This document shows positions 19,623-30,638 of a DNA stretch of 64,000 bases, one piece after another. The stretch comes from Limisphaerales bacterium (GTDB lineage Bacteria; Verrucomicrobiota; Verrucomicrobiia; Limisphaerales; JAYTXL01), in NCBI GenBank assembly GCA_046593035.1, contig JBKJSC010000265.1, positions 2,816 through 66,815 of the forward strand, in the 5' to 3' direction. Made by a program: the position numbers and the translations under genes. The notes under the pieces were generated by a model that ran no database searches, had not been told where the DNA came from, and saw nothing but the letters and a program-made list of their open reading frames with translations. Within the stretch, counting starts at the first letter, position 1, and every line of letters starts with the position of its first letter.

Positions 19623-20069
19623 ATGGACATGAATCACGATTCAAAACTTGAAGAGCAGACGCAGCGCGTCTTGCAGGGACTGCCGGAGTTGTCCGCGCCA
19701 GACACGCTGGCACCCCGCGTCATGGCGGCGATCCGCGCTCAATCCGCGCGGCCGTGGTGGCAACAACCCTGGGCTGCCTGGCCGCGGCAAATTCAAACCG
19801 CTTCGCTTGCTTTGCTCGCCATCGTCGCCGTGGCGCTCAGTCTCGCGGGCGGTTGGATTTGGCAGGGCGCTTCCCTCCCGCACCTGACCGGCGGATGGCG
19901 CGAGGCGTTGCCGGCTTTGGGAGATACCCTGGTGAACACTTCGCTGCTTCTCTTCCGGCACGCCGGCACGACCTGGCTGCTGCTCGGCCTGGCCGCCGTG
20001 GCGCTGATGTATCTGACATGCGTTGGCATTGGCACGCTCTGCTTCCGTCTAGTTTTTTCAAAACGGTAA
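19623..20069 (+). CDS. Putative membrane anti-sigma factor / ECF-associated membrane protein
   Basis: Starts 2 nt after the sigma factor stop. Cytoplasmic N-terminus followed by transmembrane segments (LALLAIVAVALSLAGGWIW). No zf-HC2 motif, so the assignment rests on position only. Confidence 0.5.
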   Translation: MDMNHDSKLEEQTQRVLQGLPELSAPDTLAPRVMAAIRAQSARPWWQQPWAAWPRQIQTASLALLAIVAVALSLAGGWIWQGASLPHLTGGWREALPALGDTLVNTSLLLFRHAGTTWLLLGLAAVALMYLTCVGIGTLCFRLVFSKR

Positions 20070-20079
20070 CTCGCCCTTC

Positions 20080-21543
20080 ATGAAACACACTCCGCTGATT
20101 TTGAATTTCAACTGGCTGCGGCTGCTTTACGCGCTGGGGTTCGCCAGCCTCGCATCCGCGCAGGACGCGCCGGTGCCGAAAGACAATGTCGCGACCAACG
20201 CGCCGGCCGCAATTCACCAAGACGAAGTCAAACGTTCATCCAAGGAAATCTTCAAGATCGGCAAGCCGGGGACACTCAAAGCGGGCGAAACCGCGCGCGC
20301 CGTCGTGGTCATTCTCGGCAACGGCACCATCGACGGCATCGTGGAAGGCGACGCCGTGGTGGTCTCCGGCAACGCGACGGTCAATGGCACCGTTCAAGGA
20401 AATCTCTTGGTCGTGATGGGTTCGGCCAAGCTTGGCCCGAAAGCCCACGTCGAGCGCGATGCGGTGGTCGTCGGGGGAACCTTGACCGCCGATTCTGCGG
20501 CAAAAATTGATGGCCAGACCCGGAATGTGCCGTTGGGTGAAGATTTTCCTGACATGGCCTGGGTCAAAGATTGGCTGACAAAAGGGTTGTTGTTAGGCCG
20601 TCCGTTTCCGCCGCAAGTCGAATGGGCTTGGTGGATAGCCGCGTCTTTCTTTTTGATTTACCTCGTGTTGACGGTGCTTTTTCCCCGGCCCATTCAATCG
20701 TGCGTGTCGGCGATTGAAACCACGCCGGTGCGCTCCTTCTTCACCGGTATTCTCGTGCTTGTGCTCGCCGGGCCGCTGTTTTTTTTAATGATCGTGTCCG
20801 TGGTTGGGTTGCTCGTCGTGCCCATCCTGGCGGGCGTGCTGATCGCCTCGCTGTTCCTGGGCAAAGCGGCCGTGTGCCAGCACGCCGGACGACAACTGGG
20901 CCGGCAGTTGGGTTCGAGTGTCTTTCAAAAACCGCTGCCCGCCTTGCTCGTCGGGGCGTTCGGTTTCACGCTGCTTTACATGATTCCGCTGCTGGGCTTC
21001 CTGGTTTGGGGACTGGCCTGCGTGCTCTCGGTCGGCGTGGTCTTCGCCGCCACGTTCGGAAAATTCACGCGCGAAGGCAAACGGAGCGAACCCGCCGCCA
21101 CGGCTGTCGCTGTGACACCGTTGATCCCGAACGTGTCGATTGTTGTGCCGACGGTCACCGATCCATCCACGTTGCCGCGCGCGGGCTTTTGGCGGCGCGT
21201 CGGGGCGACGGTGCTCGATTTGATCATTGTCTTTGTCGTCTTGGTGGGCACACACACCGCAATCTTGTTTCTCCCGGTCTGGCTCGCCTACCATGTGGGG
21301 ATGTGGAACTGGAAAGGCACCACGATTGGTGGAATGGTGTTTGGCCTGAAAGTGGTTCGCTTGAGCGGCCAGCCGCTGAACTTCGTCGTCGCGCTCGTGC
21401 GCAGCCTGTTCAGTATTCTCTCGGCGCTGGTGATGGGCCTGGGGTTTTTCTGGGCCGGCTGGACCAAGGACAAACAATCCTGGCACGACCTGATTGCGGG
21501 TACCACGATTGTCAAAGTGCCGAAGAACGTCTCGCTGATTTGA
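20080..21543 (+). CDS. Membrane protein with an N-terminal bactofilin-like (polymer-forming) repeat region and a C-terminal RDD domain
   Basis: Signal peptide. Then GNGTIDGIVEGDAVVVSGNATVNGTVQGNLLVVMGSAKLG...DAVVVGGTL (bactofilin/DUF583-like beta-helix repeats). Multiple transmembrane segments. C-terminal RDD-type region FWRRVGATVLDLII...SWHDLIAGTTIV. Confidence 0.7.
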   Translation: MKHTPLILNFNWLRLLYALGFASLASAQDAPVPKDNVATNAPAAIHQDEVKRSSKEIFKIGKPGTLKAGETARAVVVILGNGTIDGIVEGDAVVVSGNATVNGTVQGNLLVVMGSAKLGPKAHVERDAVVVGGTLTADSAAKIDGQTRNVPLGEDFPDMAWVKDWLTKGLLLGRPFPPQVEWAWWIAASFFLIYLVLTVLFPRPIQSCVSAIETTPVRSFFTGILVLVLAGPLFFLMIVSVVGLLVVPILAGVLIASLFLGKAAVCQHAGRQLGRQLGSSVFQKPLPALLVGAFGFTLLYMIPLLGFLVWGLACVLSVGVVFAATFGKFTREGKRSEPAATAVAVTPLIPNVSIVVPTVTDPSTLPRAGFWRRVGATVLDLIIVFVVLVGTHTAILFLPVWLAYHVGMWNWKGTTIGGMVFGLKVVRLSGQPLNFVVALVRSLFSILSALVMGLGFFWAGWTKDKQSWHDLIAGTTIVKVPKNVSLI

Positions 21544-21545
21544 AG

Positions 21546-21635
21546 TGGCGGAAGGGGAGGGATTCGAACCCCCGGTGACGCAAGCGCCACGGCGGTTTAG
21601 TAAACCGCTGCTATAGACCACTCAGCCACCCTTCC
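21546..21635 (-). tRNA. Class II (long variable arm) Ser-type tRNA; anticodon reads ACU by eye (expected GCU)
   Basis: Hand-folded cloverleaf on the minus strand: GGAAGGG-TG-GCT-GAGTGGTCTAT-AGC-A-GCGGT-TTACTAA-ACCGC-CGTGGCGCTTGCGTCACC-GGGGG-TTCGAAT-CCCTC-CCCTTCC-G-CCA. It has a 7/5 acceptor/T geometry, an 18-nt variable arm, discriminator G73 and an encoded CCA. Confidence 0.85.
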
Positions 21636-21693
21636 CGCCAACCTGCTTAATAAAGAAGCGCGCGGCGCAAAGGGCAAGCCGAATTTGAAAAGC

Positions 21694-23133
<1,440 letters not shown>

Positions 23134-23186
23134 GGTCAGGCCCAGCTCGCGGCGAAAGTGATTTTCGAGATTCATAAAAAGCGTTG

Positions 23187-26100
23187 TCAGCCTTTGGTGA
23201 GAGTTTCATCCAGATTCAGCAGCATGTTGCCCACCGCCGTCCACGCCGCCATTTCGCTCGGATCCAACCCGGCGGGCACCGGCGATTCGCCGACTGTTAA
23301 CAACGCGGCGGCGGCGGTTTTGTCCTGCTGATAACGTTTCAATTCCTGCTGATACACTTTCGCCATGATTTCGAGTTCTTTCGGCTTGGGCGCGCGAGCG
23401 AGTGTCAGGCGAAAGGCGTACGTCAGCCGCTGGTTCAATTCAGTGCCGCCCTCCTTCAGCACCCGTTGCGCGAGACCGCGCGCGGCTTCCACATACGCGG
23501 GATCATTCAACGCCACGAGTGCCTGCAACGGAGTGCTCGTGCGTGGCCGCTCGGCGGTGCAAACTTCGCGGTTGGGAGCGTCGAAGGTGATCAGCGACGG
23601 ATACGGACGCGAGCGTTTCCAATACGTGTAAATCCCGCGCCGGTACAAGTCCGCGCCCTTGCTCGGCGTGTAACTTACTCCCGCCACTTCCTCCCACAAT
23701 CCAGGCGGCTGGTAAGGAAACACGCTCGGTCCGCCAATCTTGCGGTTAAGCAGGCCGCCAATGGCCAGCGCGTTGTCGCGGATCACCTCGGCGTCGAGCC
23801 GGAAACGCGGGCCGCGCGCATAAAGCCGGTTGTAGGGATCGCTCTCCAAAACTTTCCTGCTCACGACTGTGGATTGCCGGTAGGTCGCGGACATCGCCAT
23901 CATTTTGACCATCGCCTTCACGTCCCATTTGCGCGCCATGAACTCCGTGGCCAGCCAGTCGAGCAACTCCGGATGGCTCGGCCATTCGCCTTGCGATCCG
24001 AAATCGTTCGTGGTCTTTACAATGCCGGTGCCGAAGAACATCTGCCAGTAGCGGTTGAGGGTTACGCGGCTCGTGGTGGGATGTTCCGGGGACACCAGCC
24101 ATTTGGCCAGCGCTAGGCGGTTGGCCGGCTGGCCTTCCGGCAGCGGCGGCAGGCTCTTCGGGACGGCGGCGGTCACCACGTCGCCACGCGCGCGAAAATC
24201 ACCGCGCATCAGGATTTGCGTTTTGCGCGGCGACGGCAATTCTTCCATAACCATCGTCGAATCAATTCGCAAATTCAGCGCATCGCTTTCCGCGCGCAAA
24301 CGCGCCGGTTCCTTCTGGAGCGCGATCAGTTCCGCCGTGTAATTGTCGCGGTAGAATTGTTTCAATTCGTTTTTCTGTGCATCGCTGCGCTTGTCGGCGG
24401 GCGTGTTCAGAACCGTCAGCACGGGACCGCTGGCGATAAAATCAACTTCCAGTGGGTCGAGCACGCGGTTGTAAACCCGCAGGTCATCAATCACGCCGTT
24501 GAAACCCAGATCACTCCGCCGCTGGCCGATGTGGAGCGAAAGCGGCGTCCGGATCGTCGCCGAAAGCGCATCCTTCTCGACATCCACCGCGCGCAGTTTT
24601 GCGTTCACGTAAATTTTTAAACCCGCCGCCTTGCTCGAGCCGTCGTAGGTCACGAGCACATGCTGCCAGGTGTTCGTGGGGATGGTTTCCTTGGTGCTGA
24701 CCTTGAGCGCGTTCTCCGGCCATTTATTGATGAGGTGCACCGCAATCTTGCCATCGAAGGCGAGCAGGTCGAAACCGCGATAGGCATTGGTGGAACTGCC
24801 GTCCTCCATTTTGGAAATGACCGTGCCGCCCTTGTCCGCCACCTTGATCCAGGCGCTGATCGCAAACACATTGGTGCGCTCGAAATCTCCGACATTACCC
24901 AAATCCACGTGACCGCCTCTACCGTCGAGTTGCAATCCTTTGCCGGATTTGCCCTCCGCCCACACCGGAGCGGGCGCACCTTGAAAAGTTCCCGCGCCCA
25001 ATTTGCCCGCCGTGTCCGTCGTCGTGCCTTCAAACTCAAAGCGCGCCAACAGGCCTTCGCCCGCCGTGGATTGCGACACTTTGCTCAACGCGTCCACTTC
25101 CCATTTGGCCTGCGCGGCAGGCAACGCGGCTTCCAAATCCTTGATGCGCTTCTCGCTCTCCGGGATTTTCCGTGCATACTCGTCCTGCTTCGCCTTTTCT
25201 TCGGGCGTGGGAAATTTGATGTAGGGCACCGCATTGTCCGCGCGGCTGGGCATCCCGACTTCATTCACGTTGTTGAAGAAAGCGTAGAACTGGTAAAATT
25301 CCTTTTGCGTGAAGGGATCGTATTTGTGGTCGTGACATTCCGCGCAACCAAAGGTAGTGCCCAGCCAGACGGTGGCCGTGGTGGTGACGCGGTCGATGAT
25401 GTATTTCGTAAAATATTCGTCTGGATCGGCCCCACCCTCGTCAGTCACCATGTTGTTCCGGTTGAAACCGCTCGCAATTCTCTGGGCCAGTGTGGTGTTG
25501 GGCAGCAAATCACCAGCGAGCTGCTCGACCGTGAACTGGTCAAACGGCTTGTTGTCGTTGAACGCCTGGATGACCCATTCGCGCCAGCGCCACATGCTGC
25601 GATGCGTGTCGGCATGGTAACCGTGCGTGTCGGCATACCGCGCGAGGTCGAGCCATTGCTGCGCCATGCGCTCGCCGAATTGCGGCGCGGCCAGCAAACG
25701 ATCAACGAGCTTCTCATACGCGTTGCTGGAAGTGTCGGCCACGAACGCGTCCACCTCGGCGAGAGTGGGCGGCAGCCCCGTCAGGTCCAGCGTGAGCCGA
25801 CGAATCAGGGTGACCCGATCCGCTTCAGCGGAGGGCTTGAGACCGGCTTTTTCTAGGCGCGCCAAAATGAAGATGTCGATTTCATTGCGCGCCCATTTTT
25901 TGTCTTTGACGACAGGCACTGGCGGGCGTTCCGGTTTCACGTAGGCCCAGTGCCCCGACCACTTCGCGCCCTGGTCGATCCAGCGGCGCAGCAAATCAAT
26001 CTGCGCCTTGGAAAGATGCTTGCCCGTTTCGAGCGGCGGCATGATGTCGTCCGGGTTTTTGGTTGCAACCCGCTTGAAAACATCGCTCCTGGCCGCCTTG

Positions 26101-26378
26101 CCTGGCGCGATGGCGAAACCGCCACCGGCCAGCTTCTTGAGCGCCTCCTCCTTCACGTCCAGCCGCAGGCCAGCCTTGCGCTTGTTCTGGTCGGGGCCGT
26201 GGCAGGCGTAGCAATTCTCGGAAAAGATCGGCCGGATGTCGCGGTTGTAATCGATGGCCCCGGCAGGCACCGCACCGAGGACTTCGCAAACCAATGGAGC
26301 CAGCAACCAGCCGACCATCATCCACCACGCTGGCTGGATTCGCCAGCGACGAGACTTCGCATCAATATTCAACTTCAT
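23187..26378 (-). CDS. PSCyt1 (planctomycete cytochrome c) + DUF1549 + LamG-like + DUF1553 protein
   Basis: [33 protein letters not shown] (CxxCH). [20 protein letters not shown]...[15 protein letters not shown] (DUF1549). Central LamG-like block ending in [12 protein letters not shown]-terminal DUF1553-like region. Start taken at ATG 26378. Confidence 0.85.
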   Translation of the reverse strand: MKLNIDAKSRRWRIQPAWWMMVGWLLAPLVCEVLGAVPAGAIDYNRDIRPIFSENCYACHGPDQNKRKAGLRLDVKEEALKKLAGGGFAIAPGKAARSDVFKRVATKNPDDIMPPLETGKHLSKAQIDLLRRWIDQGAKWSGHWAYVKPERPPVPVVKDKKWARNEIDIFILARLEKAGLKPSAEADRVTLIRRLTLDLTGLPPTLAEVDAFVADTSSNAYEKLVDRLLAAPQFGERMAQQWLDLARYADTHGYHADTHRSMWRWREWVIQAFNDNKPFDQFTVEQLAGDLLPNTTLAQRIASGFNRNNMVTDEGGADPDEYFTKYIIDRVTTTATVWLGTTFGCAECHDHKYDPFTQKEFYQFYAFFNNVNEVGMPSRADNAVPYIKFPTPEEKAKQDEYARKIPESEKRIKDLEAALPAAQAKWEVDALSKVSQSTAGEGLLARFEFEGTTTDTAGKLGAGTFQGAPAPVWAEGKSGKGLQLDGRGGHVDLGNVGDFERTNVFAISAWIKVADKGGTVISKMEDGSSTNAYRGFDLLAFDGKIAVHLINKWPENALKVSTKETIPTNTWQHVLVTYDGSSKAAGLKIYVNAKLRAVDVEKDALSATIRTPLSLHIGQRRSDLGFNGVIDDLRVYNRVLDPLEVDFIASGPVLTVLNTPADKRSDAQKNELKQFYRDNYTAELIALQKEPARLRAESDALNLRIDSTMVMEELPSPRKTQILMRGDFRARGDVVTAAVPKSLPPLPEGQPANRLALAKWLVSPEHPTTSRVTLNRYWQMFFGTGIVKTTNDFGSQGEWPSHPELLDWLATEFMARKWDVKAMVKMMAMSATYRQSTVVSRKVLESDPYNRLYARGPRFRLDAEVIRDNALAIGGLLNRKIGGPSVFPYQPPGLWEEVAGVSYTPSKGADLYRRGIYTYWKRSRPYPSLITFDAPNREVCTAERPRTSTPLQALVALNDPAYVEAARGLAQRVLKEGGTELNQRLTYAFRLTLARAPKPKELEIMAKVYQQELKRYQQDKTAAAALLTVGESPVPAGLDPSEMAAWTAVGNMLLNLDETLTKG

Positions 26379-26496
26379 GGCAAGGGCGGAAAATAACGCC
26401 GGAGATTGCCGATGGCAATTCCCTAAAGCGTCCAAGCTGGACGAGTGGAGCGGGCCGAAAATTCAGCTTCGCCCAAAAAAACGGACACTCCCGATC

Positions 26497-27126
26497 TCAG
26501 CGCAGCAAGGCACGGCAGGGCGCGCCGTCGCAGCCGCGAATTTTGAGCGGCAGGCAGACGAGGTCGTATTTGCCCGGTTTCACCTTGGAAAGATTGAGGC
26601 CCTCGATGATCCAGACTTCCGCGCCGAGCAGGATTTGGTGCGTCTCGACGCCATCGCGCCGGAATCCGCCAACGGACAGATAATCCACGCCGACGGTTTG
26701 AATGCCGCAATCGACCAGGTGCTGCGCCGCCTCCTTCGAGATGAAAACAAAATCCTCGTCAAAGGCGTCGGTCTTCCACGAACGCGCCGAGTTGCGAGTC
26801 TTGAACAGGATGCGCTCGCCGCGCTTGATTTTGTGCGGGCGCAATTCCTTCGGTGTGATGCAAACTTTGTCTTTGATTTCAATCACGCGGGCGCGGCCGA
26901 TCACGGCGTCGAACGGCACTTCGTCCACGCCTTTGCCATCGCGGATGAAATGATTCTGGCCGTCCATGTGCGTGCCGGTATGCGCGCCCATCGCCATGAG
27001 CGAGACGTTGCAGACGGCGCCCTTGGCCATCTCCAGCATCTGCGTGATCGCGACGGGCGGGCTGTCGGGCCAGCGCGTCATTCCGCTGTAAATGGGAACG
27101 GAAATATCGATCCAGGGTTTGCTCAT
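26497..27126 (-). CDS. Cyclase-family protein / kynurenine formamidase-like hydrolase
   Basis: HTGTHMDGQNHF metal-binding motif (the HxGTHxDxPxH type). About 210 aa. Start at ATG 27126. Confidence 0.75.
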   Translation of the reverse strand: MSKPWIDISVPIYSGMTRWPDSPPVAITQMLEMAKGAVCNVSLMAMGAHTGTHMDGQNHFIRDGKGVDEVPFDAVIGRARVIEIKDKVCITPKELRPHKIKRGERILFKTRNSARSWKTDAFDEDFVFISKEAAQHLVDCGIQTVGVDYLSVGGFRRDGVETHQILLGAEVWIIEGLNLSKVKPGKYDLVCLPLKIRGCDGAPCRALLR

Positions 27127-27164
27127 AATGTTGTTTGGTTTGCGAAACTGTCGGGAAAGTGCGT

Positions 27165-28295
27165 TCAATCAAACGCGATGACATTTTTGATTCCGGTGTT
27201 TTTACCGAGCAGCAGTTCCGCAAAATCGTCCACGCGATGCCGGCTGGTAATCAGCGACGCAAGCGCTTGCGGCCAGCGTTTCTGGAACACGCCCAAGTCA
27301 CGGATTGCGCCCTCGAACGCCGCGCGGTCGGCGTTCACGGTGCCGACGATGGCCTGGTTTTTCAGCACCACGTTGCGCATAAACGTTCCGCCGTCGATGT
27401 CGATCGTCTGGTTCGGCGCAGGAATGCCGGTGAAGACATAAATGCCATTCGTGCCGAGCACATTCAGCACCTCGAACGCGATGCGCGGAATGCCCACGGC
27501 CTCATAAACAAGGTCGATGTTGCCGAGGCGTTCGGCCAGTTGCGTAGGCGTGACGGTTTCGGACGAAATGTATTCCACGCCGAAGGATTCGACCAATTCC
27601 GATTTGAAATTCGGCTTTTGAGAACGCGAATAGACAACGGTCTTGAAACCGTTAATCGCCAGCGTCATCGCGCCCAAGATTCCCACCGGCCCCGCGCCCA
27701 GCACCACGGCGGTGCGGCCTTTGCCGCGTTCCTGATCCAGCGCGGCGGGCGGCGCCCACGGCAACCGCTGTTGCACCTGCCAGACTTGCGCCAGCCCTTT
27801 TTCGGCGATGGTCAACGGCTCGACCAGCACGGCTACATCGCGCAATTGCGGCGGGACAAGATTGAGATACTGTTCCTCGTCCGCGTAGTATTCCGTCATG
27901 AAACCGTGCGTCAGCTTGATACCACGCTCGGTGAAATCGCCCGTGGAACAGAAGTCCTGCAAATCCGCACGGCACGGCGCGCAGTGATCGTGCGGACAGG
28001 GTCGCCGCACTGAGGGGACGACCAGATCGCCGAGCTTGAAGCGCGTGACCGCCGAACCAACCTCCACCACCACTCCCAACGATTCGTGGCCGAGCACCAG
28101 ATAGTCGAAACCGACTGGCGGCGCGCCATAGACGAAGGTGCAAATCTCCCGGTCGGTGCCGCAAATGCCCACTTCCAGCGTCCGGATTTTGACTTCATTC
28201 GCCGCCGAGATTTTCGGGGCCGCGTGTTCGAGCAGGCGGACTTCGCGTTTGCCCGGAATCACGCCGACGGCGCGCATCGTGGATGAGTTCATCAA
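27165..28295 (-). CDS. Zn-dependent medium-chain dehydrogenase/reductase (glucose/threonine dehydrogenase-like)
   Basis: GICGTDREI and LGHESLGVV zinc ligands, and GAGPVGILG Rossmann motif. Confidence 0.8.
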   Translation of the reverse strand: MMNSSTMRAVGVIPGKREVRLLEHAAPKISAANEVKIRTLEVGICGTDREICTFVYGAPPVGFDYLVLGHESLGVVVEVGSAVTRFKLGDLVVPSVRRPCPHDHCAPCRADLQDFCSTGDFTERGIKLTHGFMTEYYADEEQYLNLVPPQLRDVAVLVEPLTIAEKGLAQVWQVQQRLPWAPPAALDQERGKGRTAVVLGAGPVGILGAMTLAINGFKTVVYSRSQKPNFKSELVESFGVEYISSETVTPTQLAERLGNIDLVYEAVGIPRIAFEVLNVLGTNGIYVFTGIPAPNQTIDIDGGTFMRNVVLKNQAIVGTVNADRAAFEGAIRDLGVFQKRWPQALASLITSRHRVDDFAELLLGKNTGIKNVIAFD

Positions 28296-28448
28296 GTTTC
28301 GCTCGCGTGCGGCGCTGGCGTCATTGCCTTCAACCGCGCAAAGCGTGCGGCATCATATATCGCACGCGAGGAGTGGAAACAATAAAATGCGGGTGTTCGT
28401 GACCTTGGTGGAAAGGCTTTGAAGTTGACGTAGCACTCCGCTTGAATA

Positions 28449-29501
28449 ATGTTGCCCACCGTGACCCATGTCGAAAGTCAATGTTCAGCGCCACCAGGTC
28501 AGCAACGTCAGGCCGCGATTAGTTCGCTGTTAACGGGACCCGAGCTGATCCTGGCCACAAAACGATTTGCGAAAGATGATTCGCGTCGAAGCTGGTGGTG
28601 CATTCTCTCGACCTCGTTTCTGCTGCTGGCCGCGCTGGCAGGGACGCTCTGGAACTTCCATCTGGCCGCCCAACTCGCGTGCAGTCTCTTCGCCGGGTTG
28701 CTGATTCTGCGGCTCTTTGTGATCTATCACGATCAACAGCACCACGCGATCCTGCCCCGGTCACGGCTGGCGGAGGGCTTCATGCGGCTCGTTGGCATCC
28801 TAGCGCTCAGTCCCAGCAGCGTCTGGCGGAGTTCGCATAATCATCATCACAACCACAACTCCAAGCTCCGGGGATCGCACATCGGCTCGTTCCCCATCAT
28901 GACAAAAGAGAACTTCATGAAAACGTCGCCGGATAAACGCCGCCTCTACTTGTTCATGCGTCATCCGCTTACGATCCTGTTTGGCTACGTGTTCATGTTC
29001 CTTTACGCGATGTGCCTCAATCCATTTCGCAATCATCCACGGAAACACTTCGACTGCTTCATCGCGTTCGCCGTGCATTTCGCGATCAGCGCGGGGCTGC
29101 TTTACTCCGGCGGGTGGCCGACGTGGGTGTTGACGCAGGTCATCCCGCACTTCATCGCCTGCGCCATCGGGACGTATTTGTTCTACGCGCAGCATAATTT
29201 CCCCGGCGTGTCGTTCACGGACAACGACGGCTGGACCTACGAAAAGGCCGCGTTGGAATCCTCCAGCTTCATGCGTACGGGCCGGATCATGGGTTGGTTC
29301 ACCGCCAACATCGGCTATCACCACATCCACCATTTGAACTCCCACATTCCGTTCTACCGGCTGCCGGAGGTCATCCGCGAAATACCCGAGTTGCAATCGC
29401 CCAAGACCACGTCGCTGCATCCGGCGGAAATCCTCCGCTGCCTGCGGCTGAAAGTCTGGGATGTGGCCGCGCAGCGCATGGTCGGTGTCCGTGGCCTGTA
29501 A
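28449..29501 (+). CDS. Membrane fatty acid desaturase
   Basis: Three histidine boxes (HDQQHH, HNHHHNHN, HHIHHLN) separated by hydrophobic segments. Confidence 0.85.
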   Translation: MLPTVTHVESQCSAPPGQQRQAAISSLLTGPELILATKRFAKDDSRRSWWCILSTSFLLLAALAGTLWNFHLAAQLACSLFAGLLILRLFVIYHDQQHHAILPRSRLAEGFMRLVGILALSPSSVWRSSHNHHHNHNSKLRGSHIGSFPIMTKENFMKTSPDKRRLYLFMRHPLTILFGYVFMFLYAMCLNPFRNHPRKHFDCFIAFAVHFAISAGLLYSGGWPTWVLTQVIPHFIACAIGTYLFYAQHNFPGVSFTDNDGWTYEKAALESSSFMRTGRIMGWFTANIGYHHIHHLNSHIPFYRLPEVIREIPELQSPKTTSLHPAEILRCLRLKVWDVAAQRMVGVRGL

Positions 29502-29506
29502 ACAAT

Positions 29507-30439
29507 TTATTCGCCCGTTGCTTCCGGCCCGCCTCGTTCCGCTCCTGATTTTTCGGCGCGCCACTTCCCCGGCTTCCAGCGGTTGTGAACCCAGAACCAG
29601 TTCGCCGGATCGCGGCGGATGATGGCCTCAAACGCGCGGTTCACTTCGGCGGCAATTTCCTCCGTCGGCCGCGGCTGGCCATTCACGCGGGTGGGAATTT
29701 CATCGCCCAACTCAATCCGCCATCGACCCAGCCCGACGCGGAAACACGCGGCCGTGATAAGTGGACAATCGTAACGCAGCGCGAACACGCCCGGCGCGAG
29801 ACTTGTCGAACAGTCGCGGCCAAAGAACGGCAACCGCGTGCCCCGATCACCAGCATGCTGGTCAGCGTGCAGGCCGAGGAACATGCCGGGCTGGTGCATC
29901 GCGGCCTTGAGGGCGGCGGCGTCCGTGCGACGCTCGAAGTAGAGGCAGCCGGATTTCTCGCGCATCGACTGGAGCACCGTGGTCAGGCCGGGCTGGCGCA
30001 AGCCGCGAAACGTGGTGGCTATTTGATAACCGGGCAGGAACAATCCGGTGCGGGCGAGCATCTCGAAATTTCCAAAGTGGCCGACGGCGCCGACCATGCT
30101 GGGTGGTAATCCGCCGTCCGCTGCGCGCGGGAGTTTCTCCGCGCCGACCAACTCCAGCACCTCGCGCACGCCGGCGTTGTCCATGCCCGCCGTCTTGACG
30201 GCGCAGGCGAATCCTTCGCCGATGCGTCGGAAGTTCTCGCGGGCCAGTGCCGTAACTTCCGCAACCGGCTTTTCTGGAAAACACGCCGCAAGATTTCGCT
30301 TCGCCACCCGACGATGCCGGGCATCCACCCAGTAAGCCACAGCGCCCAGCACCCGCCCCAGCCGGGCAACCACGCCGAGCGGCAGTGCCTGGATCGCGCC
30401 GATCAGCGCGCGGGCGAGCAGGGAGAGGAGTGCGTCCAT
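29507..30439 (-). CDS. Lipid A biosynthesis (LpxL/HtrB-family) lysophospholipid acyltransferase-like protein
   Basis: N-terminal transmembrane segment followed by RRVAKRNLAACFPEKP...ENFRRIGEG, typical of the lauroyl/myristoyl acyltransferase family. Start at ATG 30439. Confidence 0.6.
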   Translation of the reverse strand: MDALLSLLARALIGAIQALPLGVVARLGRVLGAVAYWVDARHRRVAKRNLAACFPEKPVAEVTALARENFRRIGEGFACAVKTAGMDNAGVREVLELVGAEKLPRAADGGLPPSMVGAVGHFGNFEMLARTGLFLPGYQIATTFRGLRQPGLTTVLQSMREKSGCLYFERRTDAAALKAAMHQPGMFLGLHADQHAGDRGTRLPFFGRDCSTSLAPGVFALRYDCPLITAACFRVGLGRWRIELGDEIPTRVNGQPRPTEEIAAEVNRAFEAIIRRDPANWFWVHNRWKPGKWRAEKSGAERGGPEATGE

Positions 30440-30638
30440 TACTTGAGCTGTCCGGAGTTCGTTTTTGATGTTTCGTGAAAGGTGAAGGATTGCTTTTGCG
30501 GCGCATTCATCTTCCGCAAGTTTAGGTCGCCGTGGTCGGGAGGAAAGCACCTTTTACATTATGATCGAAAAGTTTCTTGAAGTGGTTCACTCAAAAACTG
30601 GATTGAACTTCCCGCCCGTCTCGCCCTAACATGCCGCC

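Noticed and set aside
21546-21635. Whether the long-variable-arm tRNA is tRNA-Sec (selC), given the nearby Sec candidates
   Set aside because: The anticodon loop is UUACUAA with no UCA. The acceptor/T stems are 7/5, not the bacterial Sec 8/5, and the D-arm is not the 6-bp/4-nt Sec type. It is a Ser-type tRNA, and selC must lie elsewhere.
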